This document shows positions 11,142 through 18,183 of a stretch of 20,000 nucleotides of DNA, in pieces. This stretch comes from an uncultured virus (IMG/VR IMGVR_UViG_3300025139_000008). Taxonomy: Duplodnaviria > Heunggongvirae > Uroviricota > Caudoviricetes. How positions within the stretch are numbered: position 1 is the stretch's first letter; every line of letters begins with the position of its first letter. Position numbers and translations under genes: made by a program. The DNA is taken from the IMG/VR virus record IMGVR_UViG_3300025139_000008; one strand, given 5' to 3'. The notes below the pieces were generated by a model. The model had not been told where the DNA came from. It searched no databases and was given only the letters and a program-made list of their open reading frames with translations.

Positions 11142-11803
11142 AACCCGCTGGCGCTCCTCCCAAGGACCTCGGACTGGTAGCTCTCACACCCAGCGAGATG
11201 ATGTTCTGGATGTATCTTCCGGTGTCCGAACCGGGGAATATGCTGGCGCTCGTGCCACATAACCTCAGACAGTTCGACCCCATCCTTTCGGCTGTGCGCG
11301 CTGACGATCCGGACCGATGGATGGACAGCTACGTCTATCTGACCGCGAAGACACTCTGGGTGGAAGGTGGATACATCGGCAACCGACCCGGCTGGCACAT
11401 CGATGGCTACGGGACGGATGATGTGAACTACATCTAGTCTGACCGGGCCCCGACGGTGTTTCTCATCCAGCAAAACCGCTGGATGCTGTCCGAGGACTGC
11501 GACGAGTCGTTGCGCCAGATGGCAAAGATCGGCCGCTATGCCGAAGCCTTCGACCACGTAGGTCTCCGCACCTACCCGGACAAGCACTTGCTCCGTCTGG
11601 ACAACACGGTTCTGCACAGATCACCCACCGGATTCGAGGCTGGGATGCGGACCTTCGTGAAGGTCTCCCTGAGCCGGGATCGCTACAACCTCAAAGGCAA
11701 TTCGGTGAACCACCTCTTGCCTGAGACTCACTGGCCTCTTGTCGATCGACAGGAAGTCCGCAACCACCCGGCGTTCAAGAACTCCGACTTCATCAAGGAT
11801 TGA
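11138..11803 (+). pseudogene. 2OG-Fe(II) dioxygenase-like gene interrupted by one in-frame TAG (11435-11437); pseudogene or readthrough
   Basis: ORFs 11138-11437 and 11456-11803 are in the same frame, joined by TAG-SDRAPT. The joined product has RPGWHID (HxD), LHRSP (distal His) and RTFVK (2OG-binding Arg). Confidence 0.7.
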
Positions 11804-11805
11804 TC

Positions 11806-12135
11806 ATGGGATACCATCTCTTTCTTGATGATGTTCGTATGCCCGGTGATGTTACTTGGGTAGAAATCCCGCCGGCTCGATACGTGATCGTCAGGAGCTA
11901 CGATGAGTTCCGATCCTGCATTGGTGAGTTCGGGCTACCAGTTCATATCTCTTTCGACAACGACCTCGCCGACGGTGATAAGGAAGGGATTCACTGCGCT
12001 AAATGGCTGGTCGATGAGATCATGGATGGACGCCTGACTGGTGACTTTACCTACACCATTCATTCGAAGAACCCGGTTGCAGCCGAATGGCTTAACGGAT
12101 TCCTAAACAACTTCTTCACACATTGGGAGCCGTGA
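11806..12135 (+). CDS. Cyclic-phosphate-processing receiver-like (cREC) domain protein
   Basis: LFLDDVR.P, VRSYDEF, ISFDNDL, G..CAKWL and IHSKNPV match the family pattern LFLDD.R / ISFDHDLG / HS.NP. AAGGA RBS before ATG 11806. Confidence 0.75.
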   Translation: MGYHLFLDDVRMPGDVTWVEIPPARYVIVRSYDEFRSCIGEFGLPVHISFDNDLADGDKEGIHCAKWLVDEIMDGRLTGDFTYTIHSKNPVAAEWLNGFLNNFFTHWEP

Positions 12136-12755
12136 TGGGATATATTATTCAACAAGCAAACGAGGCGTTCCAGCGGAATCATTATTCGTCCGATGCGATC
12201 TTCTTTTTCGACTTCGATGGCGTTCTCGCCACGCAGTGCGAGGAGAAGATTTTCCGAATGGATGAACGTCCAATGGAGCGTCGTCGGTTGGAGGAGAAAG
12301 CCCCCTTTGCGTCTGTAGATGCAGCCCTCTATCCTAGCACCAACTACCTTCGGCACATGGTCTACCAAGGGTATGCGTGGGGATCGGTCCCAGACGCCCA
12401 CGAGGAGGCCACCAGCTTCGCTCGATCGCTGAGTGACAGTGGTGACCCATATTTCATCGTTACGGCACGTAGCGGGCTTTGGGCGGTCCGTAGGCTGCTC
12501 GATTTTACCCAACAGCAGTTGATCTACCCTCAAGAGGTCTTCTGTCTCGGCCGGGCATCCAAGGCGCTCTTGCTGGCAGAGCTTCGCAAGGATTGGCCCG
12601 ATCGTCAGTTCGTGTTCTTCGAGGACTCCGATCACCACATCGAAGCCTGCCGGGCTCTGGCTGATCCGCTTCTGGAGATCGTAAAGATCGAGTGGCCGAC
12701 CTGCACCAAGAACGCCGAAGCCCTGTGCGACGCTTACCTCGGACCGGTGATGTAG
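12135..12755 (+). CDS. HAD-superfamily phosphatase (nucleotidase-like)
   Basis: Motif I FDFDGVL, motif II IVTARS, motif III SKA, motif IV FFEDS. TGATG overlap at 12135. Confidence 0.8.
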   Translation: MGYIIQQANEAFQRNHYSSDAIFFFDFDGVLATQCEEKIFRMDERPMERRRLEEKAPFASVDAALYPSTNYLRHMVYQGYAWGSVPDAHEEATSFARSLSDSGDPYFIVTARSGLWAVRRLLDFTQQQLIYPQEVFCLGRASKALLLAELRKDWPDRQFVFFEDSDHHIEACRALADPLLEIVKIEWPTCTKNAEALCDAYLGPVM

Positions 12756-12994
12756 TGGATGCGCTGGGATACCTGTGTCTTGGCTACTTGGTGATCGGAA
12801 TGGTTCTGATAGCTGCCGGGTATATCCTCACGCCCCTCATCGAATACGATGGTGACAACAACATCCTGTTCCATCTCGGCGACTTCGCTGAGGATGTTAT
12901 GGGACAACTTACGGCCGGCTATTTGCTTGCGCTGCCGATCATCATGGTCATCTGCTGCTACCTGACCGGTAGGGCACTCGGAGAACTCGCATGA
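12755..12994 (+). CDS. Small membrane protein (two TM segments)
   Basis: GTG 12755 overlaps the preceding TAG. Hydrophobic stretches LGYLCLGYLVIGMVLIAAGYILT and LTAGYLLALPIIMVICCYL. Confidence 0.65.
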   Translation: MDALGYLCLGYLVIGMVLIAAGYILTPLIEYDGDNNILFHLGDFAEDVMGQLTAGYLLALPIIMVICCYLTGRALGELA

Positions 12995-13158
12995 AACGTT
13001 TCCTGATCAATCTCTGGCGGCAGCACAAGGACCCGCTCTATTGCCGCAAGTGTGAGCGCTGGAATATGCGGCTCCCATGGCGCGATGGGAACTGGGCCTG
13101 TGTTCGCTGCGAGCTTACCCCGCCCCATCAATCGATCGATCACTTCATGGCCCGGTAA
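12991..13158 (+). CDS. Small zinc-ribbon protein (55 aa, not in ORF track)
   Basis: MKRFLINLWRQHKDPLYCRKC...WACVRC...FMAR with two CxxC. GGAG RBS, ATGA overlap, ends just before the terminator. Confidence 0.7.
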   Translation: MKRFLINLWRQHKDPLYCRKCERWNMRLPWRDGNWACVRCELTPPHQSIDHFMAR

Positions 13159-13160
13159 TC

Positions 13161-13197
13161 AAAAAGGCCCGCTGGATCGCTCCAGCGGGCCTTTCCC
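13161..13197. terminator. Bidirectional intrinsic terminator between convergent gene runs
   Basis: Perfect 14-bp stem AAAGGCCCGCTGGA-tcgc-TCCAGCGGGCCTTT with A/T tracts on both sides. Confidence 0.88.
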
Positions 13198-13215
13198 AAA
13201 GCGTGCCAACGCTTA

Positions 13216-13971
13216 TTACTGAGGGCGAAGCGTCGAGACGACTGCACCCAAAATCTTGAGGTCCTTGGCGGCGACTTCCTGCTTGTCACCCCGCGAGCCT
13301 TCGACCATGACCTTGCTCGACTTGGCAAAAGACGGGGCGATGCGGATCACTTCCATACCGCCGTTGACTTCGATCACGTAGGTATCGAACTCGTTCGAGA
13401 CGGACTGGACGCTGGAGTCCACGAACAGGCGAGTGTCCTGACGCAAGCCGAACGCATCGGCATTGTGACCGAGGACGTAGACCTTGAGCGTGCGGACGCT
13501 TTCCACGTAACTCTCGGCCAGCGATCGCGGCATCGCGAAAGTTCCACTGTTGTAGGAACCATCCCGGCCGAAAGTGATCTCGTCCACATTGACGGTCGCT
13601 TCGGCCGCATTCATGTCGCCGACGGCCTTGACGCCGTGTTCCCCGAATGCGAGGAAGGATGGCGAGACCTTGAGGACCCGCGCCAGTGCTTCGACGATCG
13701 GGATCGGCGGCATGATTGTGTTGCGTTCGTAAGCGACGATGGTGCCACGGCACTTGTCGGCCGCCTTGGCGAGTTGATCCTGCGTCACATTTTCACGCAG
13801 TCGGGCATAGGCCAGTCGCCCGCCCAGTGATCCGAGATCGAGATCGCTGTCAGAACCAGCGAGATCAGAGCGGCGTGCAACAGCAGGCACAGCGTGCATC
13901 TGGATTTTTGCTTTGGACTTCCCGGTGACACGTCCGCCGGGAGGCTTCGTAAGGGTTGCGTGAGCAGCCAT
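13216..13971 (-). CDS. XRE/CI-like HTH regulator with a degenerate S24-like C-terminal domain
   Basis: RLAYARLRENVTQDQLAKAA...TIVAYER...LARVLKVSPSFLAFG HTH. C-terminal ...LKILGAVV resembles a CI/S24 fold. GGAG RBS supports ATG 13971. Confidence 0.8.
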   Translation of the reverse strand: MAAHATLTKPPGGRVTGKSKAKIQMHAVPAVARRSDLAGSDSDLDLGSLGGRLAYARLRENVTQDQLAKAADKCRGTIVAYERNTIMPPIPIVEALARVLKVSPSFLAFGEHGVKAVGDMNAAEATVNVDEITFGRDGSYNSGTFAMPRSLAESYVESVRTLKVYVLGHNADAFGLRQDTRLFVDSSVQSVSNEFDTYVIEVNGGMEVIRIAPSFAKSSKVMVEGSRGDKQEVAAKDLKILGAVVSTLRPQ

Positions 13972-14003
13972 GTCTAGTTTCTCCATTTGTTTCGGTGATT
14001 CGC

Positions 14004-14033
14004 TTACTAGGGCAAAGACCGATTCGGTGTCAA
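14004..14033 (-). promoter_or_regulatory. Putative sigma70 promoter of the regulator gene
   Basis: On the - strand: TTGACA (14033-14028), 18 bp, TAGTAA (14009-14004). Confidence 0.55.
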
Positions 14034-14036
14034 GCG

Positions 14037-14079
14037 AAAATGCAGTCAAGATCATTTAGAATGTTCTCAACTGCATTTT
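14037..14079. repeat. 10-bp perfect inverted repeat, candidate operator
   Basis: AAAATGCAGT (14037-14046) and ACTGCATTTT (14070-14079), directly upstream of the regulator's -35. Confidence 0.6.
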
Positions 14080-14104
14080 TGACCCGTCAAATAGGAGGAA
14101 TATA

Positions 14105-14365
14105 TCAGGATTCCAAGACGGACCAATCTTTTGACAGATCGCTGTATCCGCCTAACCGCTTCCCTACTGGATCAGTCAGACTGGCGTCCTGATCCATGAT
14201 AAAGACCTGAGGCACAGTGTTTGTTCCGGTCTTCTGATAAAAATCCTGACGGAGCGAATCATCGGTCAGATCGACTTCGGTGTAGGTATAGCCACGCTTC
14301 ACAAGCTCCATCTTGAGGAGCGAGCAAAACGGGCACCCGAGCTTGGAGTAGACGACGATCTGCAT
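14105..14365 (-). CDS. grx: Glutaredoxin (RNR electron donor)
   Basis: YSKLGCPFC, TVPQVFI and LGGYSDL motifs. Coupled to the nrdB stop. Confidence 0.92.
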   Translation of the reverse strand: MQIVVYSKLGCPFCSLLKMELVKRGYTYTEVDLTDDSLRQDFYQKTGTNTVPQVFIMDQDASLTDPVGKRLGGYSDLSKDWSVLES

Positions 14366-15375
14366 CACGCGTTATCCTCGAACTTGGAAACGAAGTTCCA
14401 CGTATTCTCATCCCAGCCGGTCACGCCGCCCTTGGCATACTCGGTCGATCGGCCTTCGAAGAAGTTGGTGTGCGTGTGGGCAGCCATCATCTCGTCGATC
14501 CAGTCGAGTGGGTTTTCCTTCTGGCGGTAGATCGGCTTGAGACCCAACTGGATCATGCGGCGATCGGCCGTGTAGCGGATGTAGGTCTTGGTCTCCTCGG
14601 CCGTGATGCCGGCGACCTCGCCCATGGCGAACATGAGGTCGATGAAGCGGTCTTCGAGCCGCACCATGTCCTTGGCGATCTGGCGGATGGCTGCCTTGAC
14701 ATCTTCGTTCCAGAGCTTCGGGTTCTCCTTGATCATGGTGTGGAAGAGCTTGAGCATACATTCGACGTGCAGAGTCTCGTCACGCAGCGACCACTCAACG
14801 ATGGTGGACATGCCCTTCATCAGGTTGCGGCGCTTGAAGCTCAGCAGGACAGCGAAGCTGGAGAAAAGCTGCATACCTTCCCCGAAGGCCGAGAACACCG
14901 CCAGATCGAGCGCCAGACGCTCACGCGGGGTGAACCGCCGGCCGTCAGTCCCTTCGGTCCGATCAGCGAACATATACTCGTGTTTCTCAGCCATCTCGGC
15001 GTATTCGGCAAAGGCGCTGTAATCGGACTCCGGCATCCCGACCGTATCGATCAACTGAGAATACGAGTGGATGTGGTTGGCTTCCTGCGTCGCAATTGCC
15101 GAGAGCATCATGCGAATCTCGGTCGGCTTGAACATCGGGATGTAGACATCAAGGTAGCCGTGCGTGATGTCTTCATCACCCTTGGTGAAGAAGCGGAAAA
15201 GCTGGGTGAGAAGATTCTTCTCGGATGGGGTGAGCTTTGAGTTCCAGTCATGCACATCCTCTTGAAGAGGAACTTCGGATGGAAGCCAATGAGTCTTCTG
15301 CAACATATCGTAAGCTTCGAACGCCCACGGAAACTGGAAAGGCTTGTATGCAGCGCTCTTCTTAAAAATGGACAT
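14365..15375 (-). CDS. nrdB: Class Ia ribonucleotide reductase beta subunit
   Basis: HWLPSEV, FFTKGD, EANHIHSY (radical Tyr), EGMQLFSSF, RDETLH di-metal ligands, NFFE..STEY tail. Confidence 0.96.
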   Translation of the reverse strand: MSIFKKSAAYKPFQFPWAFEAYDMLQKTHWLPSEVPLQEDVHDWNSKLTPSEKNLLTQLFRFFTKGDEDITHGYLDVYIPMFKPTEIRMMLSAIATQEANHIHSYSQLIDTVGMPESDYSAFAEYAEMAEKHEYMFADRTEGTDGRRFTPRERLALDLAVFSAFGEGMQLFSSFAVLLSFKRRNLMKGMSTIVEWSLRDETLHVECMLKLFHTMIKENPKLWNEDVKAAIRQIAKDMVRLEDRFIDLMFAMGEVAGITAEETKTYIRYTADRRMIQLGLKPIYRQKENPLDWIDEMMAAHTHTNFFEGRSTEYAKGGVTGWDENTWNFVSKFEDNA

Positions 15376-15859
15376 CTTTCCAAATCTTTCTTGTCTTAAT
15401 GCGAGAAATCACTGTGGCATCTATGCCGTAATCTCTTGCTATTTCTTTTTGCTTGTCTCCGCTTGCTAGGCGGCGTTTAATTTGAGATACATCGACTTCG
15501 GTAAGCTTTGCTTGGGTATGTTGTTCGCCTTTCATAGCGGCGAAGCCAAGAGTTCTTCCTTTTTCAGCTTTGTCATCCATGTTGTCCTTGTTCGTGCCTT
15601 CGAACAAATGCTCTGGACGAACACATGCAGGGTTATCGCAACGATGGCAGGCTTGGAGATTACCTAGGGGACCGTGTAAACGCTCGTAAGCGAAGCGATG
15701 AGCCCTAGCGTTCTTCTGTTTCTCACCGTCCCAGAACAACCCGTAGCCGTCCTTGTCCAATGATCCTTGCCACTCCCAACAACCAGTTTCTGACACTTTG
15801 AACATAGCGTCGAAACGTTCATTGTTGGTGAGACCGCGCTGTCCTTGGAAGCTGGTCAC
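15362..15859 (-). mobile_element. Free-standing HNH homing endonuclease with C-terminal HTH
   Basis: GCWEWQG...DGYG, AHRFAY, ACHRCDNPACVRPEHLFEGTNKDNMDD, then AKLT...QKEIARDYGI...ISRIK. AT-richer than nrdA/nrdB and located between them. Confidence 0.9.
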
Positions 15860-16047
15860 AGCCGGTAGCGGTGTTCTCGGGCGATGATCCGGCGCGGCCA
15901 GACAGCGGTGTTCCCGCCCACATGGAAGGAACCGTCGGGGTTGACTTGGGTGACCTCGTAGTCACCGGGTGGGATGATGCAGTCGGGCTCATCTCCAAGC
16001 GTCACGATGTCACCGACGACGGGGAGGAAGTCGGGATCGATACCCAT
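15856..16047 (-). CDS. Hypothetical protein (63 aa)
   Basis: GGAG RBS and TGATG overlap support ATG 16047 (MGIDPDFLPVVGDIVTL...). Confidence 0.65.
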   Translation of the reverse strand: MGIDPDFLPVVGDIVTLGDEPDCIIPPGDYEVTQVNPDGSFHVGGNTAVWPRRIIAREHRYRL

Positions 16048-16334
16048 CAGTAGGTCTCCGGCATGATGGTATGCAGATCGGTGATTTGACACCCCCGAAT
16101 CTCACCACTTTCGGTATAGAGCATAACGTGATTTTGACGGTGAATCTGAGCATAGACCCTCCCCCAAATGGTGCGCTTGAGACGAGGAGTCCGCCCCGGC
16201 TTGATGTGGCTGGGGTGGGGCTGGTGGGGGTATTCGTAACCGACTACCCGACCCACCAGATCGCCCTTGAAATCGGGAAAAGCATCAGCATAGCTATCGA
16301 GAAAATTATCCTTCACAGGCGAGGCATCCTTCAT
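16047..16334 (-). CDS. Hypothetical protein
   Basis: Overlaps the nrdA end; start is 16334 or GTG 16316. Coupled to the downstream gene. Confidence 0.55.
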   Translation of the reverse strand: MKDASPVKDNFLDSYADAFPDFKGDLVGRVVGYEYPHQPHPSHIKPGRTPRLKRTIWGRVYAQIHRQNHVMLYTESGEIRGCQITDLHTIMPETY

Positions 16335-18072
16335 CTTCGGGCATGACCATTTCCAGCGCAGCCACCTTGGTGTTCATGTTCTCAGCTTTCTTGGGAGCCT
16401 TGGACCGCACATAATACATACTTTTGCTACCACCGGCCCAAGCCATGAAGTGCAGTTCGAGCATGTAGTCGGCGTCCACGAATGCGGGCACCGAGATGTT
16501 AAGGCTAACGCCCTGATCGACGTAGCCGGAACGATCGTTCGCCATCTGAATGGTCAGGCGCTGGTCGGTCTCGAAGGCGGTGGCGAACACAGCCTTTTCC
16601 TGATCGGTCAGGAAGTCCAGATGCTGGACCGAACCTTCGTGGAGCAGGATGTCCTTCCAGACTTCCTTGGTGTTCTTGCCCTTGGTTTCGAGCAGGCGAA
16701 CCAGCGACGGATTCTTAACGGTGTGCGAACCGGTCAGAGTCTTGTGGATGAAGATGTTCTCCGGCCACTGTTCGATGGACGGCGAGATCGGACCCTGCGG
16801 CACGAAGATCGACGACGAAGCATTCGGAGCCACAGCCATGCGGTGGGAGAAGCGATGCCCGGTGCCGGCCATGTCTGGCGCTTCACCGCGTTCAGCACCG
16901 AGCTTGAGCGAAGCCGCGATCGTCTTCTTCTGCAAGTCTTCGAACATCATCACGTTGTAGGCGCGAGCAAGGTCACTGCCCCACACGATCCCGTGATCCT
17001 GCAAGTAGGTGTGGAGGCCCATGCCGCCCAGACCGACCGACCGCTCGTTCTTTGCTGAGGCGACAGCACGCCACAGTTCCGGAGGAGCCTTCGCGATGAA
17101 GTCATCCAGCGTGTTGTCGAGCATCCGCATGAGGTCTTCGATGAAGAGCGGGTGATCCTTCCACTCATCGTAGGCCGCGAGGTTCGGACTCGACAGGCAG
17201 CAGACCGCTGTGCGATCTTCGGCCGTCGGAAGCATGATCTCCGTGCAGAGATTCGAGTGATTGATCTTGAGGCCCTTGTCCTTGAGAGGCTGGGGCAGCG
17301 CACGATTGGCGGTGTCCTTGAACAGGATGAAGGGCTCGCCGGTCTGGTGGCGCGTCTCGACGATCTTCCGCATCAGAGCGCGGGCGTTGACCGTCTTCTT
17401 GATCTCGCCGGTCTTCGGGCTGCGGAAGTTCCACTCAGCATCGGCCAGACAGGCGCGCATGAAGTCGTCTGTGATGTTGATGGCGTGGTGAAGGTTCAGT
17501 GCCTTGCGGTTTGCGTCACCACCCGACGGCTTGCGAAGCTCAAGGAACTCATCCGTTTCCGGGTGCGAGATGTCGAGATAGGCGCAGTAGCTACCGCGCC
17601 GGGTCTTACCCTGCGAGAACGCCAGCATGTAGCGATCGAGGATGCAGACAAACGGGATGCCGCCGGACGACGCCGAACCCTTGGATGTGCCTTCCGCGCC
17701 GCGCACAGCGATGTAGCCACCAACACCACCACCGAGGCTGGAGAGCCACGAAGTCTCTTCGTAGTGGGCGTTGATGCCCTTGCGGCTGTCGGCCATGTAG
17801 TTGAGGTAGCAGGAGATCGGAAGACCGCGCTCGGTGCCGCCATTGGAGAGTAGCGGGGTGGCGAACATGAACCAGCCCTTGGAAGCATAATCGTAGAGTC
17901 GCTGGGCATGTGCGGCGTCATCGGCGAAGGCTGCCGAGGCGCGGGCGAACGCATGTTGAGGACTGGTCTCCCCTTCAACCATGTAGCGATCTTGTAGGGT
18001 TTCAATGGCGTGCGGAGCGAGCAGAGCGTCGCGCCCGAGATCGATAATGACCTCGTTCGGGGAGACTGGCAT
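16306..18072 (-). CDS. nrdA: Class Ia ribonucleotide reductase alpha subunit, no ATP cone
   Basis: ATPLLSNGG, PISCY, SNLCTEI, VCCLSS, APNASSS, DQGVSLN, SMYY, C-terminal CLACEG. A promoter at 18113-18141 lies inside the longer ORF, so ATG 18072 is preferred. Confidence 0.96.
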   Translation of the reverse strand: MPVSPNEVIIDLGRDALLAPHAIETLQDRYMVEGETSPQHAFARASAAFADDAAHAQRLYDYASKGWFMFATPLLSNGGTERGLPISCYLNYMADSRKGINAHYEETSWLSSLGGGVGGYIAVRGAEGTSKGSASSGGIPFVCILDRYMLAFSQGKTRRGSYCAYLDISHPETDEFLELRKPSGGDANRKALNLHHAINITDDFMRACLADAEWNFRSPKTGEIKKTVNARALMRKIVETRHQTGEPFILFKDTANRALPQPLKDKGLKINHSNLCTEIMLPTAEDRTAVCCLSSPNLAAYDEWKDHPLFIEDLMRMLDNTLDDFIAKAPPELWRAVASAKNERSVGLGGMGLHTYLQDHGIVWGSDLARAYNVMMFEDLQKKTIAASLKLGAERGEAPDMAGTGHRFSHRMAVAPNASSSIFVPQGPISPSIEQWPENIFIHKTLTGSHTVKNPSLVRLLETKGKNTKEVWKDILLHEGSVQHLDFLTDQEKAVFATAFETDQRLTIQMANDRSGYVDQGVSLNISVPAFVDADYMLELHFMAWAGGSKSMYYVRSKAPKKAENMNTKVAALEMVMPEDEGCLACEG

Positions 18073-18112
18073 GAGTTTTGGGTGTCCGTAGATGAAGTGA
18101 AAACGGCCGCAC

Positions 18113-18141
18113 AGTATAGCGAAAATGTCGGTGGTGATCAA
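18113..18141 (-). promoter_or_regulatory. Sigma70-type promoter for nrdA
   Basis: TTGATC, 17 bp (containing CACCGACATT), TATACT on the - strand. Confidence 0.75.
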
Positions 18142-18148
18142 GGAGTAA

Positions 18149-18166
18149 ATTTGCTGTGCAGCAAAT
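18149..18166. promoter_or_regulatory. Palindrome upstream of the nrdA promoter
   Basis: ATTTGCTG-tg-CAGCAAAT with 8-bp arms, 7 bp upstream of the -35. Confidence 0.5.
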
Positions 18167-18183
18167 ATACCGCTTGACACGAA

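Noticed and set aside
11435..12755. Genome-wide TAG reassignment (alternative genetic code)
   Set aside because: Only one gene is split by TAG, long genes are intact in the standard code, and the TAG at 12753-12755 overlaps the next start like a real stop. Gene-specific readthrough is not excluded.
13972..14055. N-terminal extension of the regulator ORF
   Set aside because: Covers its own promoter and RBS; ATG 13971 has a GGAG RBS.
15362..15859. Group I intron or intein associated with the HNH gene
   Set aside because: nrdA and nrdB are each continuous and complete, and there is no non-coding space for a ribozyme core.
18073..18180. 36-aa N-terminal extension of NrdA in the ORF track
   Set aside because: Overlaps a clear promoter and palindrome; ATG 18072 is more plausible.
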